From the NCBI GenBank assembly GCA_038888155.1, contig JAWAJB010000003.1, positions 114,279 through 178,278 on the forward strand: a stretch of DNA of 64,000 nucleotides, in the 5' to 3' direction. Below, piece by piece: positions 20,729-31,177 of this stretch (the first letter of the stretch is position 1; every line of letters starts with the position of its first letter). This stretch comes from Desulfurococcaceae archaeon. GTDB taxonomy: Archaea; Thermoproteota; Thermoprotei_A; Sulfolobales; Desulfurococcaceae. The translations under genes were made by a program, and so were the position numbers. The notes beneath the pieces are model-generated. The model made no database searches. It had not been told where the DNA came from and saw only the letters and a program-made list of their open reading frames with translations.

Positions 20729-21239
20729 CTACGCACAGCCTCTTAACTCTGTCTACTCCCTTTACTTCATCGATGTACTCTGAGACCTCGGCTGGCACTA
20801 GGTCTCTCCACTCGTCGTTGCCCTCTAGCATTAATCTCCTGATCTGCGCCCCGTGATACCTCTCTGGCTCAAGCAACTTCACTCCCTTCGTCTTAAACCC
20901 AAGCCAACTAAACAAGTAAAGGACTTGGGGGTTGCCTGAAGCTACTACCTCGACTTGGGGCGAGAGCGACAGCAAGTAAGATGACCACGCCAGCGGCATA
21001 TTTATGTCCGGGACAGGGATTACCCAAACTCTGCCTATGAGGTTGTTTCTAGCGATAACCCTGTACAGCATCTCCCAGCGCTCGCCGGCAGTAAATGGGT
21101 TTTTACACGTGTACCCTTCTTGCGCGCTACCTATAGCTACAACTACCTCGCTTACCTCTGAGAGGAGCTGGCTCAGCGCGCTTAAGTGTCCTTTGTGGAA
21201 AGGCTGAAATCTACCTGGGAAGAGCGCTCTCTTAAGCAA
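20703..21239 (-). CDS. nadM: Nicotinamide-nucleotide adenylyltransferase
   Basis: GRFQPFHKGH, IGSAQ, NPFTAGER. Confidence 0.95.
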   Translation of the reverse strand: MLKRALFPGRFQPFHKGHLSALSQLLSEVSEVVVAIGSAQEGYTCKNPFTAGERWEMLYRVIARNNLIGRVWVIPVPDINMPLAWSSYLLSLSPQVEVVASGNPQVLYLFSWLGFKTKGVKLLEPERYHGAQIRRLMLEGNDEWRDLVPAEVSEYIDEVKGVDRVKRLCVDEHSQNRW

Positions 21240-21259
21240 ATTTAAACACCACCATTAAT

Positions 21260-23197
21260 TTAAGAAGTTAAATTAATTGAGTCTAAGTTTGACGGAGTGT
21301 ATATCTTCTCCACGAACTGCCTTATCTCCCTAGATTTGCGTAAAAGCGCTGCAAGCGCTTCAATGGAGTTCCTCTCACCGTGATTAAGTATAATTGTCTT
21401 TGGCTTCGGGTTCATGTCGCGCACGTACGCGAGAAGCTCCCTTTGATCGCTGTGGCCGCTGAACCCATCAATGCTGTGTACTTCTAGTTGCACCTTGATG
21501 ACCTCAACTCTGTTCTCAGAAACTGTTGGGACTTCCTTAATTCCGTCCTTCACCGACCTTCCAAGAGTTCCCTCTGCTTGGTAGCCCACGAAGACAATTG
21601 CGTTTTTAGGGTCGCTAGCTAGTAGCTTGAAGTAATCTACAGCCGGCCCTCCGTTCAACATGCCGCTTGTCGCGATTATTATAGAGGGCCTATCCTCTAT
21701 TACGTCTGGTCTAGCAACAGGGCCTTCAAGTATCTTTACATTACTAGTTATAAATGGGTTCTCGCCATCGTAAATAGCGTCTCTTATTTTCTTGTTCAAG
21801 TACTCTGGGTACTGGAGGTGTATTGCTGTCACCTCGTTTACCAGCCCCTCCACGTAGATGTTCATTCTCGGTATTAAGCCCTGCTCAATTGCGCTGTTCA
21901 AGATCAACATGATTTCCTGCCCTCTGCCGGCTGCAAATACAGGTATCAGCATTATACCGTTCCGCTCAGCAACTCTCTTAGCTATCTCAACAAGCCTTGA
22001 CTCAGCGCTAGACCTTGACTCCTGTATGGTAGCGCCGTACGTGCTCTCCATTATCAGCGCTTCTGCCCTAGGGAACACTACGTTTGCCCTGCTAAGTAGC
22101 CTTGAGTCAGCGTACTTGAAGTCCCCAGTATAAACAACATTGTACATGCCCATTCCTATGTGCAGGTGCACTATAGCCGAGCCCAGCAAGTGCCCTCCGT
22201 TGTACATTGTCAGCTTTATATCCGGCGCTACGTCAGTTACTTCGTCGTAGTCCACTGCAATCGTGTGTAAAAGCGTTGATACGAGGTCTTTCTCTCCGTA
22301 AGGCAGGTACTTCCCCGATGTCCTAGACACGTCTAAGAGGTCCTTTAACATAATAGTTAAGAGCTCTCTAGTTGGCTTCGTCACGTAAACAGGGCCGCGG
22401 TACCCGTACTTGTACAGCAGGGGAAGCGATCCAATGTGGTCTAAGTGCGCGTGAGTTACTATTATTCCATCGAGCTCATCGAGTTTAAGCATATCTATTA
22501 GCGGGTAAGCTCTATTGGGGTCGTCGAAGGTGCCTACGTTTATCCCGAAGTCGAGGAGGGCCTTGCTCTCTCGGGTTTCAACTAGAATAGCTGACCTCCC
22601 TACCTCCATGAAGCCGCCTAAGGATGTTATCCTCGCATAGTTGTTCTTGTATATTATATCCCTGTGAACTCTATCCCCTAGCTCTCTGAGGAAATCCAAC
22701 CTGTAAGAGCTCTGCTTCAGTATAATTGAAGTTACCTCCTTTAGCGTCTTTGACTCAAACGGGGTTGTCCTCAGAGGTATAACTCTCCACCCCGTCTCGG
22801 CGAGGAGGACGTTTCTAAACATGCTGTTCTTCCCCACTAGGAGTCCCGGCTTCTCTGCTTTAACAATAACTTCCCCGCTTGCATCGTCAAAGAAGATCTC
22901 GCTTGGGTCAACGCCAGCCTCTTTAGGCGCGTGCTCGAGTATTTTCTTCTTGGCCTCAACGGGGTCTAGTCTAACTTCACCTGAAACTCTCAACACAATT
23001 CTCTTGCGCACTTTCTTCGCGATATTCTGGGCTAGCATGGGGTGCTTTACGAGGGCAGCTCTGTTCTTAACGTAGATCACAATGAAGGGACCTTCGAACT
23101 CTATGCTGGCTAGCCCGAGGTCTTCAGGTATCTCTTCCATTATGCTCTTCAACAACGTTAATTTGTTCTTATCTAGTAAAACTCTACCTGATTTCAC
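21260..23197 (-). CDS. fttA: beta-CASP ribonuclease aCPSF1 / transcription termination factor FttA
   Basis: N-terminal KH domains, THAHLDH, ESTYG, FSGHSD, HGE; adjacent to psmB as is typical. Confidence 0.95.
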   Translation of the reverse strand: MKSGRVLLDKNKLTLLKSIMEEIPEDLGLASIEFEGPFIVIYVKNRAALVKHPMLAQNIAKKVRKRIVLRVSGEVRLDPVEAKKKILEHAPKEAGVDPSEIFFDDASGEVIVKAEKPGLLVGKNSMFRNVLLAETGWRVIPLRTTPFESKTLKEVTSIILKQSSYRLDFLRELGDRVHRDIIYKNNYARITSLGGFMEVGRSAILVETRESKALLDFGINVGTFDDPNRAYPLIDMLKLDELDGIIVTHAHLDHIGSLPLLYKYGYRGPVYVTKPTRELLTIMLKDLLDVSRTSGKYLPYGEKDLVSTLLHTIAVDYDEVTDVAPDIKLTMYNGGHLLGSAIVHLHIGMGMYNVVYTGDFKYADSRLLSRANVVFPRAEALIMESTYGATIQESRSSAESRLVEIAKRVAERNGIMLIPVFAAGRGQEIMLILNSAIEQGLIPRMNIYVEGLVNEVTAIHLQYPEYLNKKIRDAIYDGENPFITSNVKILEGPVARPDVIEDRPSIIIATSGMLNGGPAVDYFKLLASDPKNAIVFVGYQAEGTLGRSVKDGIKEVPTVSENRVEVIKVQLEVHSIDGFSGHSDQRELLAYVRDMNPKPKTIILNHGERNSIEALAALLRKSREIRQFVEKIYTPSNLDSINLTS

Positions 23198-23287
23198 GTT
23201 TAACCCCTTAGGATGGAAGCAGTTAACTAGTTAAGTAGCTATTGGTTTATATATTACAGGGCTTTTTAAATGTAACCACCAAATCGC

Positions 23288-23911
23288 TTAAGTCAGGGGC
23301 TCTAGGGCTTTCTTGAACTTAATGGTTTCCTCTTTTAGTACTCCATCTTTGCCTATTACTAGCACGTCAACCCCCTCGCCCGAGAAGCTATCCCTACCTA
23401 GAGCGCTAGTTACTGCCCTAGCTGCTAGGTTAACAGCATCCTCTACGGGCAGGTTTTCCCTGTAGCCTGACTCCAGTACTCCTAGGGCTATTGGGGAGCC
23501 GCTGCCAGTTGCAGCGTATTTCTCCTTAGTGACTGTTCCATAAAGGTCTAAGTAGTAGAGGCTGGGACCTTCCTTGTCGTAGCCCCCAAGCAGGAGCTGG
23601 ACAATAAATGGGTAAACCCTTAAGTACAACGAGAGGGTAAGAGATAGATAATTGGCTAGGCTGCTAATGCTTAGGGCCCTACCAGTGCTAACTTCGTACT
23701 TCTTCGCGAAAAACCTAGCGTTTTCAACGATGAACTGAGCGTCAGCTACTAAGCCAGAAATAGTGAGGGCAGCCCTCTCGTTCACCTTTGATATCTTTCT
23801 CACATCCTTGTGGTAGATAGCTGCGCCCGCCGTTGCTCTCTTATCGGCAGCTAAAACAACGTAGCTACCCGTTGTAATGCCGACCGTTGTAGTCTTAGAC
23901 TCTGCTTTCAT
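23288..23911 (-). CDS. psmB: Proteasome beta subunit (catalytic TTTVG type)
   Basis: Short propeptide then TTTVG, AADKRAT, ATGSGS, RDSFSG. Confidence 0.95.
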   Translation of the reverse strand: MKAESKTTTVGITTGSYVVLAADKRATAGAAIYHKDVRKISKVNERAALTISGLVADAQFIVENARFFAKKYEVSTGRALSISSLANYLSLTLSLYLRVYPFIVQLLLGGYDKEGPSLYYLDLYGTVTKEKYAATGSGSPIALGVLESGYRENLPVEDAVNLAARAVTSALGRDSFSGEGVDVLVIGKDGVLKEETIKFKKALEPLT

Positions 23912-23986
23912 CTAAGCTGCACCTGAGTCAGTTTAAGCAACTGTTTTTACTTTTATTACATGCTCACTTAATATAGCTATCGAGAA

Positions 23987-25051
23987 GTGGTGGCCTTGAG
24001 CGACGTCCACGAAATTAAGTTGCCAATGAAGGTTATTGTGGGGAGCCAGGCTGTAGTCAAAGTCGTTGAAGTGCTAAGGGACATCAGCAGCCAACGCATT
24101 CGCATAGGCATTGTGACGGGGGAGAGCACGTACAGAGCTGGCGGTCGCTTGGTAGAGGAGCTCTTGGGCGAGAGCGCTGATATTACCACTTGGATTGTCC
24201 GAGAATCTGTTCTGCAAACAGCAAAAGAGATCTCCAGTAAAGTCGCTGAAAGCAAGGTAAAAGTGCTTCTAGGCGTGGGAGGAGGCAAGCCCATTGATAT
24301 AGCCAAGTACGCTGGACACAGCGCGGGCGTGCCCGTGATAAGCGTGCCCCTTTCGCCCAGTCACGACGGCATTGCAAGCCCATTTTCAAGCATTAGGGGC
24401 ACGGAGCGGTCGTACAGCATGTACACAGCTGTCCCCTACGCAGTTGTAGCAGACATAGACTTAATATCGAGGGCCCCTAAGAGGCTCATATTATCCGGTC
24501 TGGGCGACCTCCTGGGGAAGTTAGTCTCAGTTAAGGACTGGGCTTTAGCTCACAGGCTACGAGGAGAATACTACGGCGAGTACGCTGCCCAGCTTGCTCT
24601 CCTGAGCGCAAAGCACGTCATGAAGTATCACGAGTTAATAGCAAGCGCAACTCCAGAGGGCATTAGGGTGCTCGTTGAGGCCCTAATAAGCAGCGGGGTC
24701 TCAATGTGTATTGCGGGCTCGAGCAGGCCAGCTAGCGGTAGCGAGCACTTATTTGCTCACGCCCTTGAACTACTGGCGCCAGGCAAGGTGCTTCACGGCG
24801 AGGCTGTTGCCCTCGGCACTGTAGCCATGCTATACGTATACGGGGATCCCCTGTGGGCAAAGGTCAAGGAGATCGTGAGGAAAGTAGGGCTACCCTCTAC
24901 AGCCAAAGAGCTAAATGTACCAGGGGAAACGCTCGTTAAGGCGCTCACAATAGCTCACACTATTAGGCCAGAGCGCTATACTATATTAGGCGAAAAAGGG
25001 CTATCAAGGGAGGCAGCTCTTAGAGTTCTCGAGGGGACGGGTATATTGTAG
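23987..25051 (+). CDS. egsA: sn-glycerol-1-phosphate dehydrogenase
   Basis: GVGGGKPIDIAK, SHDGIASP, SSRPASGSEHLFAH, HGE. Confidence 0.96.
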   Translation: MVALSDVHEIKLPMKVIVGSQAVVKVVEVLRDISSQRIRIGIVTGESTYRAGGRLVEELLGESADITTWIVRESVLQTAKEISSKVAESKVKVLLGVGGGKPIDIAKYAGHSAGVPVISVPLSPSHDGIASPFSSIRGTERSYSMYTAVPYAVVADIDLISRAPKRLILSGLGDLLGKLVSVKDWALAHRLRGEYYGEYAAQLALLSAKHVMKYHELIASATPEGIRVLVEALISSGVSMCIAGSSRPASGSEHLFAHALELLAPGKVLHGEAVALGTVAMLYVYGDPLWAKVKEIVRKVGLPSTAKELNVPGETLVKALTIAHTIRPERYTILGEKGLSREAALRVLEGTGIL

Positions 25052-25055
25052 TACT

Positions 25056-25748
25056 CTAAGGCCTCTTTATTACCTCTTGGAACACTAGCACGCTCACGCT
25101 GTCCTTGAACAAGTCAAATACGTCTGCTGCTAGCGCTAGCTTAGCGTAGTTAATGTTCTCGTGGGATATATATTTGCTGGGCAGAGTTATTGTTAATTTC
25201 TTCTCGCTCTCCTCATAGCTGACTCCCAGCTCCTCGCCAGGTATTCTGAGGTGCCTGACGGCTAAGTTCTTTAGCTTTTCGAGGGCATCCTCGAGCTTCC
25301 TCAAAACCTTTACCTTGTACGTGAGGACCTTTCCTGCAAGCGGATGGTTAAAGTCTACAACTACTCTACCCCCGCTGATCTGCTTCACAATACCGCGCGA
25401 ACCGCCAATCTCTACGGCGTCTCCGATTTTCACGCTGTATCCTCTTCTCTGGAACTCCCTCAAGCTAAATACTCTTACCTTGTTTGGATCTCTTTCTCCG
25501 AAGGCCTTATCCGGCGGAACCTCTATTTCTCTCTCTTCGTTTTCATTCATTTGAGTGATTTCATCTTCTACAAAAGGGTTGACCCAGCTTTTCCCCAGAA
25601 CTACTAAAGTAGGGCCGTAGACCTTACCGGACTCGAAGATGTTCTCCTTCTTAGCTAGCTCTGCGTCAGTTGTGTCTATTACAGTGTTTGTATCCTTTAT
25701 CTTAACTGTGTACTCTACTAGCACGAAATCCCCCTTTGCGAGAGGCAT
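25056..25748 (-). CDS. FKBP-type peptidyl-prolyl isomerase (long archaeal SlyD-like)
   Basis: VPPDKAFGERDP, VDFNHPLAGK. Confidence 0.93.
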   Translation of the reverse strand: MPLAKGDFVLVEYTVKIKDTNTVIDTTDAELAKKENIFESGKVYGPTLVVLGKSWVNPFVEDEITQMNENEEREIEVPPDKAFGERDPNKVRVFSLREFQRRGYSVKIGDAVEIGGSRGIVKQISGGRVVVDFNHPLAGKVLTYKVKVLRKLEDALEKLKNLAVRHLRIPGEELGVSYEESEKKLTITLPSKYISHENINYAKLALAADVFDLFKDSVSVLVFQEVIKRP

Positions 25749-25940
25749 AGCTCACACCTTAACCAGCGAATTCACAAGTGTAACAAGTCTTAATAAGCAT
25801 AATAAATACACTTGAGTAAGTTGTTACCTCAGCGCACAGCTAACTAGCGGCGCATTGTGCGGAATCGAGTTTTTAAATCCTTGATAGTTTTAAGTAGTTT
25901 AGGCTTCAAGGTTGGAGCTCATTAAGCAAGGTGTTTTAAG

Positions 25941-26168
25941 TTGAGCGATACTGCGCACAAGATACTCGAGGAGAACATTGGAAACATTGTGTTAATCAAG
26001 ACAAGAGAGGGCATTTCACTTAGGGGAAGGCTCAGAAGCTTTGACCAACACTTGAACATAGTCCTAGAGGAAACTGAGGAGATTAGGAGCGAGGAATCTC
26101 CCCGCAAGCTTGGAACAGTTGTCGTAAGGGGGGACAACGTAATATTGATCTCCCCCGTAACTGAGTGA
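25941..26168 (+). CDS. Sm-like (Lsm/SmAP) protein
   Basis: GRLRSFDQHLNIVL and VRGDNVILISP; upstream of rpl37e. Confidence 0.95.
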   Translation: MSDTAHKILEENIGNIVLIKTREGISLRGRLRSFDQHLNIVLEETEEIRSEESPRKLGTVVVRGDNVILISPVTE

Positions 26169-26186
26169 GAGTAGAGGTGCATTAAC

Positions 26187-26375
26187 GTGGTCAAGGGGAC
26201 TGCAAGCCTCGGTAAGCGCGGGAGGAGCAAGACTCACATAAGGTGTAGGAGATGTGGAAGGCACAGCTTTAACGTAGCTAAGGGCTACTGTGCAGCTTGC
26301 GGCTTTGGTAGGAGCAAGAGGATAAGGAGGTACAGTTGGCAGAACAAGAAGGTCAGCGGGGTAAGGATAGTTTAA
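26187..26375 (+). CDS. rpl37e: 50S ribosomal protein L37e
   Basis: [18 protein letters not shown]...CAACGFG. Confidence 0.97.
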   Translation: MVKGTASLGKRGRSKTHIRCRRCGRHSFNVAKGYCAACGFGRSKRIRRYSWQNKKVSGVRIV

Positions 26376-26451
26376 AAAGCCCCTATTTTAATTCTTAACC
26401 ACAGTGTTATACAGAGTGATTTCTCTGTATTCCTACCTCGGTGAAGAAGCA

Positions 26452-27654
26452 ATGGCGAAATACCTCATTAAGGCTAAAATAGTTATTGATGGAGTTGTTG
26501 AAAAGCACGATATTATAGGCGCGCTCTTTGGACAGACTGAAGGCCTCTTGGGGAGCGAGTTCGACTTAAGGAACCTCCAGGATAAGGGCAGAGTTGGGAG
26601 AATTCAGGTTAACACGAAAACCCACAGCAACAAAACTGTTGGAGAGGTCCTAATACCTAGCAACCTAGATAGGATCGAGACAGCCCTTTTGGCGGCAATG
26701 ATCGAGACTGTTGATAGAGTTGGACCTTACGATGCCGAAGTAAAGGTAGTTGATATACACGACCTCAGGATGGAGAGAATCAAGAAGGTAGTTGAGAGAA
26801 GCGTAGAGTTGCTAAGAGTATGGGGAAAGGAGAGAACTCCAGACGTCAAGGAGGTAATTAGAAGCATACAGGAACAACTAAAGGCCCCCGAGCCTATATT
26901 ATATGGCCCTGAGGAGTTGCCCGCTGGGCCTGATATTGAAAAAAGCGACACAATTATAGTAGTAGAGGGAAGAGCAGATGTAATAAACCTGCTGAAATAC
27001 GGCTACACGAACGTAATTGCCCTCGGGGGGGCTAGGAGGGTACCAGAAACAATTAAGTCGCTCTCCTCAAATAAGAAGGTAATTGTAATGGTCGATGGCG
27101 ACCATGCAGGGGAGCTAATCCTAAAGGAAGCCTTGAGGTCACTGAAAGTAGACTACATTGCTCGAGCCCCTGAAGGCCGTGAAGTAGAGGAGCTAACTAG
27201 CAAGGAGATCGAGGAGACGCTCAGTAGAGCCCAGCCCGCCCTAGAGTACCTCGAGAGCAAAGCGAAGCAAGAAAATAAGGAAGCTCTATCGCTACTCCAA
27301 ACTCAGCGGAAACTGCACAAAGTGCCCGAGGAGCTTGTGGAGTCAGCCACAATAACGGTCCCTAACAATATCATAGAGAGCTTAAAGGCCCTCCAGGGCA
27401 CCCTTGAGTCAGTCGTCTACGCGAGCGATTGGACTGAGATTAAAAGGCTTCCAGTTCGAGACTTAGTCGCAGAGCTCGAGGCTTTTGAGCCTGGAAAAGC
27501 CTACGCAGTTGTTCTAGACGGAATTATAACTCAAAGGCTCGTTAATGTAGCTACTAGCAAGAACATTAAATTAATTGTTGGAGCTAGGGTTGGAAAGCTA
27601 CAGCTTAAACCGGCTGAGCCAACCTTTATAACTTTCAACGAGCTCGCGCCCTAA
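26452..27654 (+). CDS. dnaG: Archaeal DnaG (exosome-associated, Toprim)
   Basis: Likely ATG 26452 after GGTGA; GALFGQTEGLLG, VVEGRADV, DGDHAG. Confidence 0.95.
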   Translation: MAKYLIKAKIVIDGVVEKHDIIGALFGQTEGLLGSEFDLRNLQDKGRVGRIQVNTKTHSNKTVGEVLIPSNLDRIETALLAAMIETVDRVGPYDAEVKVVDIHDLRMERIKKVVERSVELLRVWGKERTPDVKEVIRSIQEQLKAPEPILYGPEELPAGPDIEKSDTIIVVEGRADVINLLKYGYTNVIALGGARRVPETIKSLSSNKKVIVMVDGDHAGELILKEALRSLKVDYIARAPEGREVEELTSKEIEETLSRAQPALEYLESKAKQENKEALSLLQTQRKLHKVPEELVESATITVPNNIIESLKALQGTLESVVYASDWTEIKRLPVRDLVAELEAFEPGKAYAVVLDGIITQRLVNVATSKNIKLIVGARVGKLQLKPAEPTFITFNELAP

Positions 27655-30045
27655 TTATTTTTTACCGAAGTACTCAAGTAAGCTCCTCTTACCAGCGCTA
27701 GTCTTCTTTAGCTGCATATCTGTTACCCCAAAGCACTCAAGAATTCTAAGCGCGGCCGGCACTATTTGGTGATCGATGTAGTAGTTGTAGTCTATGATCT
27801 TGGGGTCCTTTACGAGCATGTAAGGCTCAGATCTATCTGATATCCTGCCGGACCCCTTGACAACAACAAACCCAACCTTATCCCCTATATCCACTTTAAA
27901 CCCCTGCCTCATCAGCTTCTTGGCTACGCTCAGGTGCGGCGTTTCAGCGTCGTACTCCTCAATAGGCTTAGTGAGGGTCTTCCATATGACTAGCTTTCCT
28001 AGCGGTATTCTCCCCTGCGCTAAATCCGAGATCACCCCCCTAACGTAATCAACTGCCCTGTCAACGCTTCCCTCCTTGAGGATTATCTCTGTAACCTTCT
28101 CCTGGACTTCTTTGGCGATCTCAGCCCAGTCCCCCCTTACGGCCTCGAACCCCACGATGTCAATTCTATTGTCGCCTAAGAGGCCTGCGTACCTCTTCTT
28201 AGCCTCACTGAAGAACACTCTCTTGTATACCTTGTCTACTTTAATTTCGAAACCTAGTTCCCTCTCTACGAGATCAACTAGTCCCTTTATCTTGTCCGGC
28301 TCGTACGACACAAATAGCGAGTCGGTGTCCCCGTAAATCACCTTCAACTCTAAACTCCCTGCAAGCTCTATTGCCTTCTTGATTAATCGCCTCCCCCACG
28401 CTGTTACAGCTTCTGCGCACTCGCGGCAATACCACCTAGCGGCAACCCAGCCCATGTATCCATAGGCGGCGTTTGCAAGTATTTTAACTGCGCGTTGCCG
28501 CTCATCAAGTAGCCTATGCTCGTACGTACCTGGAGGATGCTTCTTCATTTCCTCTCTAATGGATTTTCTAAGCTCTAGGAGCTTGGTTAAGACGCTCTTG
28601 AAGAAACCAGGAGGAGCGGCCCTAAAGCAGTGCCTCACCTCGGGGGCCACGTAGCTCTCCTCCTCATTGCACCCCTTGTTCCTTATAATAGTGTCAGGAC
28701 CTACGTTGTACTTAATCATTATGCTCGGGTACATGCTCGTGAAGTCCAGCACAGCAATATTCTCGTGTATACCTGACAGAGGCCGAAGAACTATAGCGCC
28801 CTTATATGGCTCTACCTCTTTTTCCTCTCTATTTGGTATTAGCTCGTTCCGCTTTGATGCCTCGTACATTAAGAACCACTCTAGCCTGTAGCCAACGCTA
28901 GCTGTCCCCACTTGATCTAGCGGGAGCCTAGTCAAGTACGAGAGCTGGACTGCAAACGGGAGGAACTTCTCGCCGAGGCCAAGTGTAGCGAGCGTGTCGT
29001 CTAGGTTGTACTTCAGTAGCTCCTGCCTCCTATCGCGGTCTTTCCAGTACTTTGGGAAATCGCTGTAATCTACAAGCGTCCTCTCGTTCCGCTTCATCAC
29101 TCCGAGGTAGTCTGCCACTATGTCGAGGCTCTTTAGCTTGATCTCAGGTATCTCCTCGGCGTAATTCAACAGGTCGACGTTAAGCCTGCCGGGAACAGAG
29201 ACGTGCCCATAAGTGCTCGTAGTAGGGGGCGAGCCCTTTCTCCTCCCTATATCCAGCCTGAGGCCGTGCACTTTTGCTCTCTCGAGCATGTAAGGCCAGT
29301 CAAATGCGTTGCTGTTGTATCCGAGGAGTATGTCTGGGTCGTAATTCAGCAAGTACTCGGAGAACTCTGAGATCACTTTGCTGTCGTCTACTTCATCTGC
29401 AACGAACTGCCTTACCTCCCCTCTATCTGTGGCAGTTCCAATTATTATTATAGGGTCTCTGCTAGCTCTAGGCGATGTGTGCTCGGTGTAGACCTCTATG
29501 TCTACAGCCATTACCCTGAGGTCCTTAGGTGGCGTGGAGTCCTCGAGAGACTTTATTTCCCCAGCCACTTCGTACTCGTCGCTCACCCTATAAGACCCCG
29601 TTGACCTTTGCTTAGCCAATTTAGCTGTGTGCCACCCGCAGGGCCTAAGCTCTTTGTCCAGTATATACCTCATGCTGAACCTTATGTCTGCCTCTAGGAC
29701 CTCGGAGATACCGCTCAGCTCTTTCACCTTTTCGCGGTACTTCCTAACAGTTTCGGGAATAACTGTAGTTACTCTCACGGCCTTTACGGGCCTGCCAAAG
29801 AACAGCTTGTCTACTTGCTCTACTCCAATTAATGGCGACGACCCCTCTGACAGCGATTTAACCTTGTTGATTACGCTTGGCGCCTCAGCCGCCTCGCGCA
29901 ATACAGCGTAAAAGTACGGCCTAAAGCCCCTGTCGCGCAGAACAATTCTCCTCCCCTCTCGGTTAATTGCCCACATAATTACGTGAGGCTCTCCCCCCAC
30001 TACTTCATACGTGACGTCAAGTAAGTAGAACTCTACTTCCTCCAT
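27655..30045 (-). CDS. polB: Family B DNA polymerase (PolB3 type)
   Basis: Exo DIE and GYNSNAFD, DFTSMYPSI, KILAN..YGY, YGDTDS, KKRY; no intein. Confidence 0.96.
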   Translation of the reverse strand: MEEVEFYLLDVTYEVVGGEPHVIMWAINREGRRIVLRDRGFRPYFYAVLREAAEAPSVINKVKSLSEGSSPLIGVEQVDKLFFGRPVKAVRVTTVIPETVRKYREKVKELSGISEVLEADIRFSMRYILDKELRPCGWHTAKLAKQRSTGSYRVSDEYEVAGEIKSLEDSTPPKDLRVMAVDIEVYTEHTSPRASRDPIIIIGTATDRGEVRQFVADEVDDSKVISEFSEYLLNYDPDILLGYNSNAFDWPYMLERAKVHGLRLDIGRRKGSPPTTSTYGHVSVPGRLNVDLLNYAEEIPEIKLKSLDIVADYLGVMKRNERTLVDYSDFPKYWKDRDRRQELLKYNLDDTLATLGLGEKFLPFAVQLSYLTRLPLDQVGTASVGYRLEWFLMYEASKRNELIPNREEKEVEPYKGAIVLRPLSGIHENIAVLDFTSMYPSIMIKYNVGPDTIIRNKGCNEEESYVAPEVRHCFRAAPPGFFKSVLTKLLELRKSIREEMKKHPPGTYEHRLLDERQRAVKILANAAYGYMGWVAARWYCRECAEAVTAWGRRLIKKAIELAGSLELKVIYGDTDSLFVSYEPDKIKGLVDLVERELGFEIKVDKVYKRVFFSEAKKRYAGLLGDNRIDIVGFEAVRGDWAEIAKEVQEKVTEIILKEGSVDRAVDYVRGVISDLAQGRIPLGKLVIWKTLTKPIEEYDAETPHLSVAKKLMRQGFKVDIGDKVGFVVVKGSGRISDRSEPYMLVKDPKIIDYNYYIDHQIVPAALRILECFGVTDMQLKKTSAGKRSLLEYFGKK

Positions 30046-30106
30046 GACGACCCTCTTGTTGATAACTACTGTTTAAGAGACTCAAAAACGCTAACCTCTA
30101 GTAGTA

Positions 30107-31177
30107 GTGGTAGAGATGCGCATAGTAGAGGAAGACCTCAAGAGGGGCTCACTCAAACTGCTAGTAGAGACTCTCGACGACCTGTGGGTTCTCTACAACA
30201 TAGTAAATGAAGGCGACACTATCTACGCAAAGACAACTAGAGAGGTTAAAGTAGGGGATAATTCCCACGGCTCGAGATTACCTATGACTCTGGGGATCAA
30301 GGTTCAAAGAGTAGAGTTCCAGCAATTTAGCGACAAGTTAAGAGTGGGAGGACTTATAGTAAATGGACCCGAGAAGTACGGCGTAAAGGGAAAGCACCAT
30401 ACCCTATCAATTGGAGTTGGCGATGTCTTGGTTATAGTTAAGGACAAGTGGGAAGACCCTCAGCTAGAGCTCATCAAGAGGTTCGCAACTAGAAGGGAGG
30501 CCCTGCTGATAATTGGTATAGACTACGACGAGGTATGCGTGGGAGCCCTAAGCGAGCAGGGCGTGAAGTACCTTTGGGAGGAGGTGCACAACATGCCAAG
30601 TAAAATGTACCAAGTTGATTACAACGAGCTAGTTAAGGGCTTTGCTGCTCGCGCGTTAAGAGCAGTGGAGGAGATAATACAGCGAGAAGAAGTTAAGGCG
30701 GTAATAATAGCGGGGCCGGGGGACATGAAGAGCCACTTAAGGTCTGAGCTGCTAAGCAAAATTAGCCTGCCTATATATATAGACTCGACCTCAACTGGCG
30801 GGTGTCAAGGGGTTAGAGAAGTCCTCAATAGGGATGTAGTCAAGGAAGTTGTTAGCGACTTAAATATAGTGAGGGCTAAGGGCGCGCTCGAGGACTTCAA
30901 GCGGCTACTCGTACTCGAAGACCAACTAGTTGCTTACGGACTAGAAGAAGTTCACCGCGCGTCGCTTATTGGAGCTATTAGCAAGTTGCTCGTAGCGGAT
31001 GAACTACTCAAGCTCCCCGAAGAAGAGGAGAGACAGCGGGTACTCGACGCTTTGAGAAATGCCTCCAATCACAGAGCAGAGATAATAGTTGTGCCGAGCA
31101 AGAGCGATGTAGGCTTAGAGCTGCTAGGCTTTGGGGGGATTGTAGCAATTCTCAGGTTCAAGCTAGGCAAGATCTGA
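30107..31177 (+). CDS. pelA: mRNA surveillance protein Pelota
   Basis: ETLDDLWVLYN, HHTL, AGPG, VAYG..EV, GFGGIVAILRF. Confidence 0.95.
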   Translation: MVEMRIVEEDLKRGSLKLLVETLDDLWVLYNIVNEGDTIYAKTTREVKVGDNSHGSRLPMTLGIKVQRVEFQQFSDKLRVGGLIVNGPEKYGVKGKHHTLSIGVGDVLVIVKDKWEDPQLELIKRFATRREALLIIGIDYDEVCVGALSEQGVKYLWEEVHNMPSKMYQVDYNELVKGFAARALRAVEEIIQREEVKAVIIAGPGDMKSHLRSELLSKISLPIYIDSTSTGGCQGVREVLNRDVVKEVVSDLNIVRAKGALEDFKRLLVLEDQLVAYGLEEVHRASLIGAISKLLVADELLKLPEEEERQRVLDALRNASNHRAEIIVVPSKSDVGLELLGFGGIVAILRFKLGKI

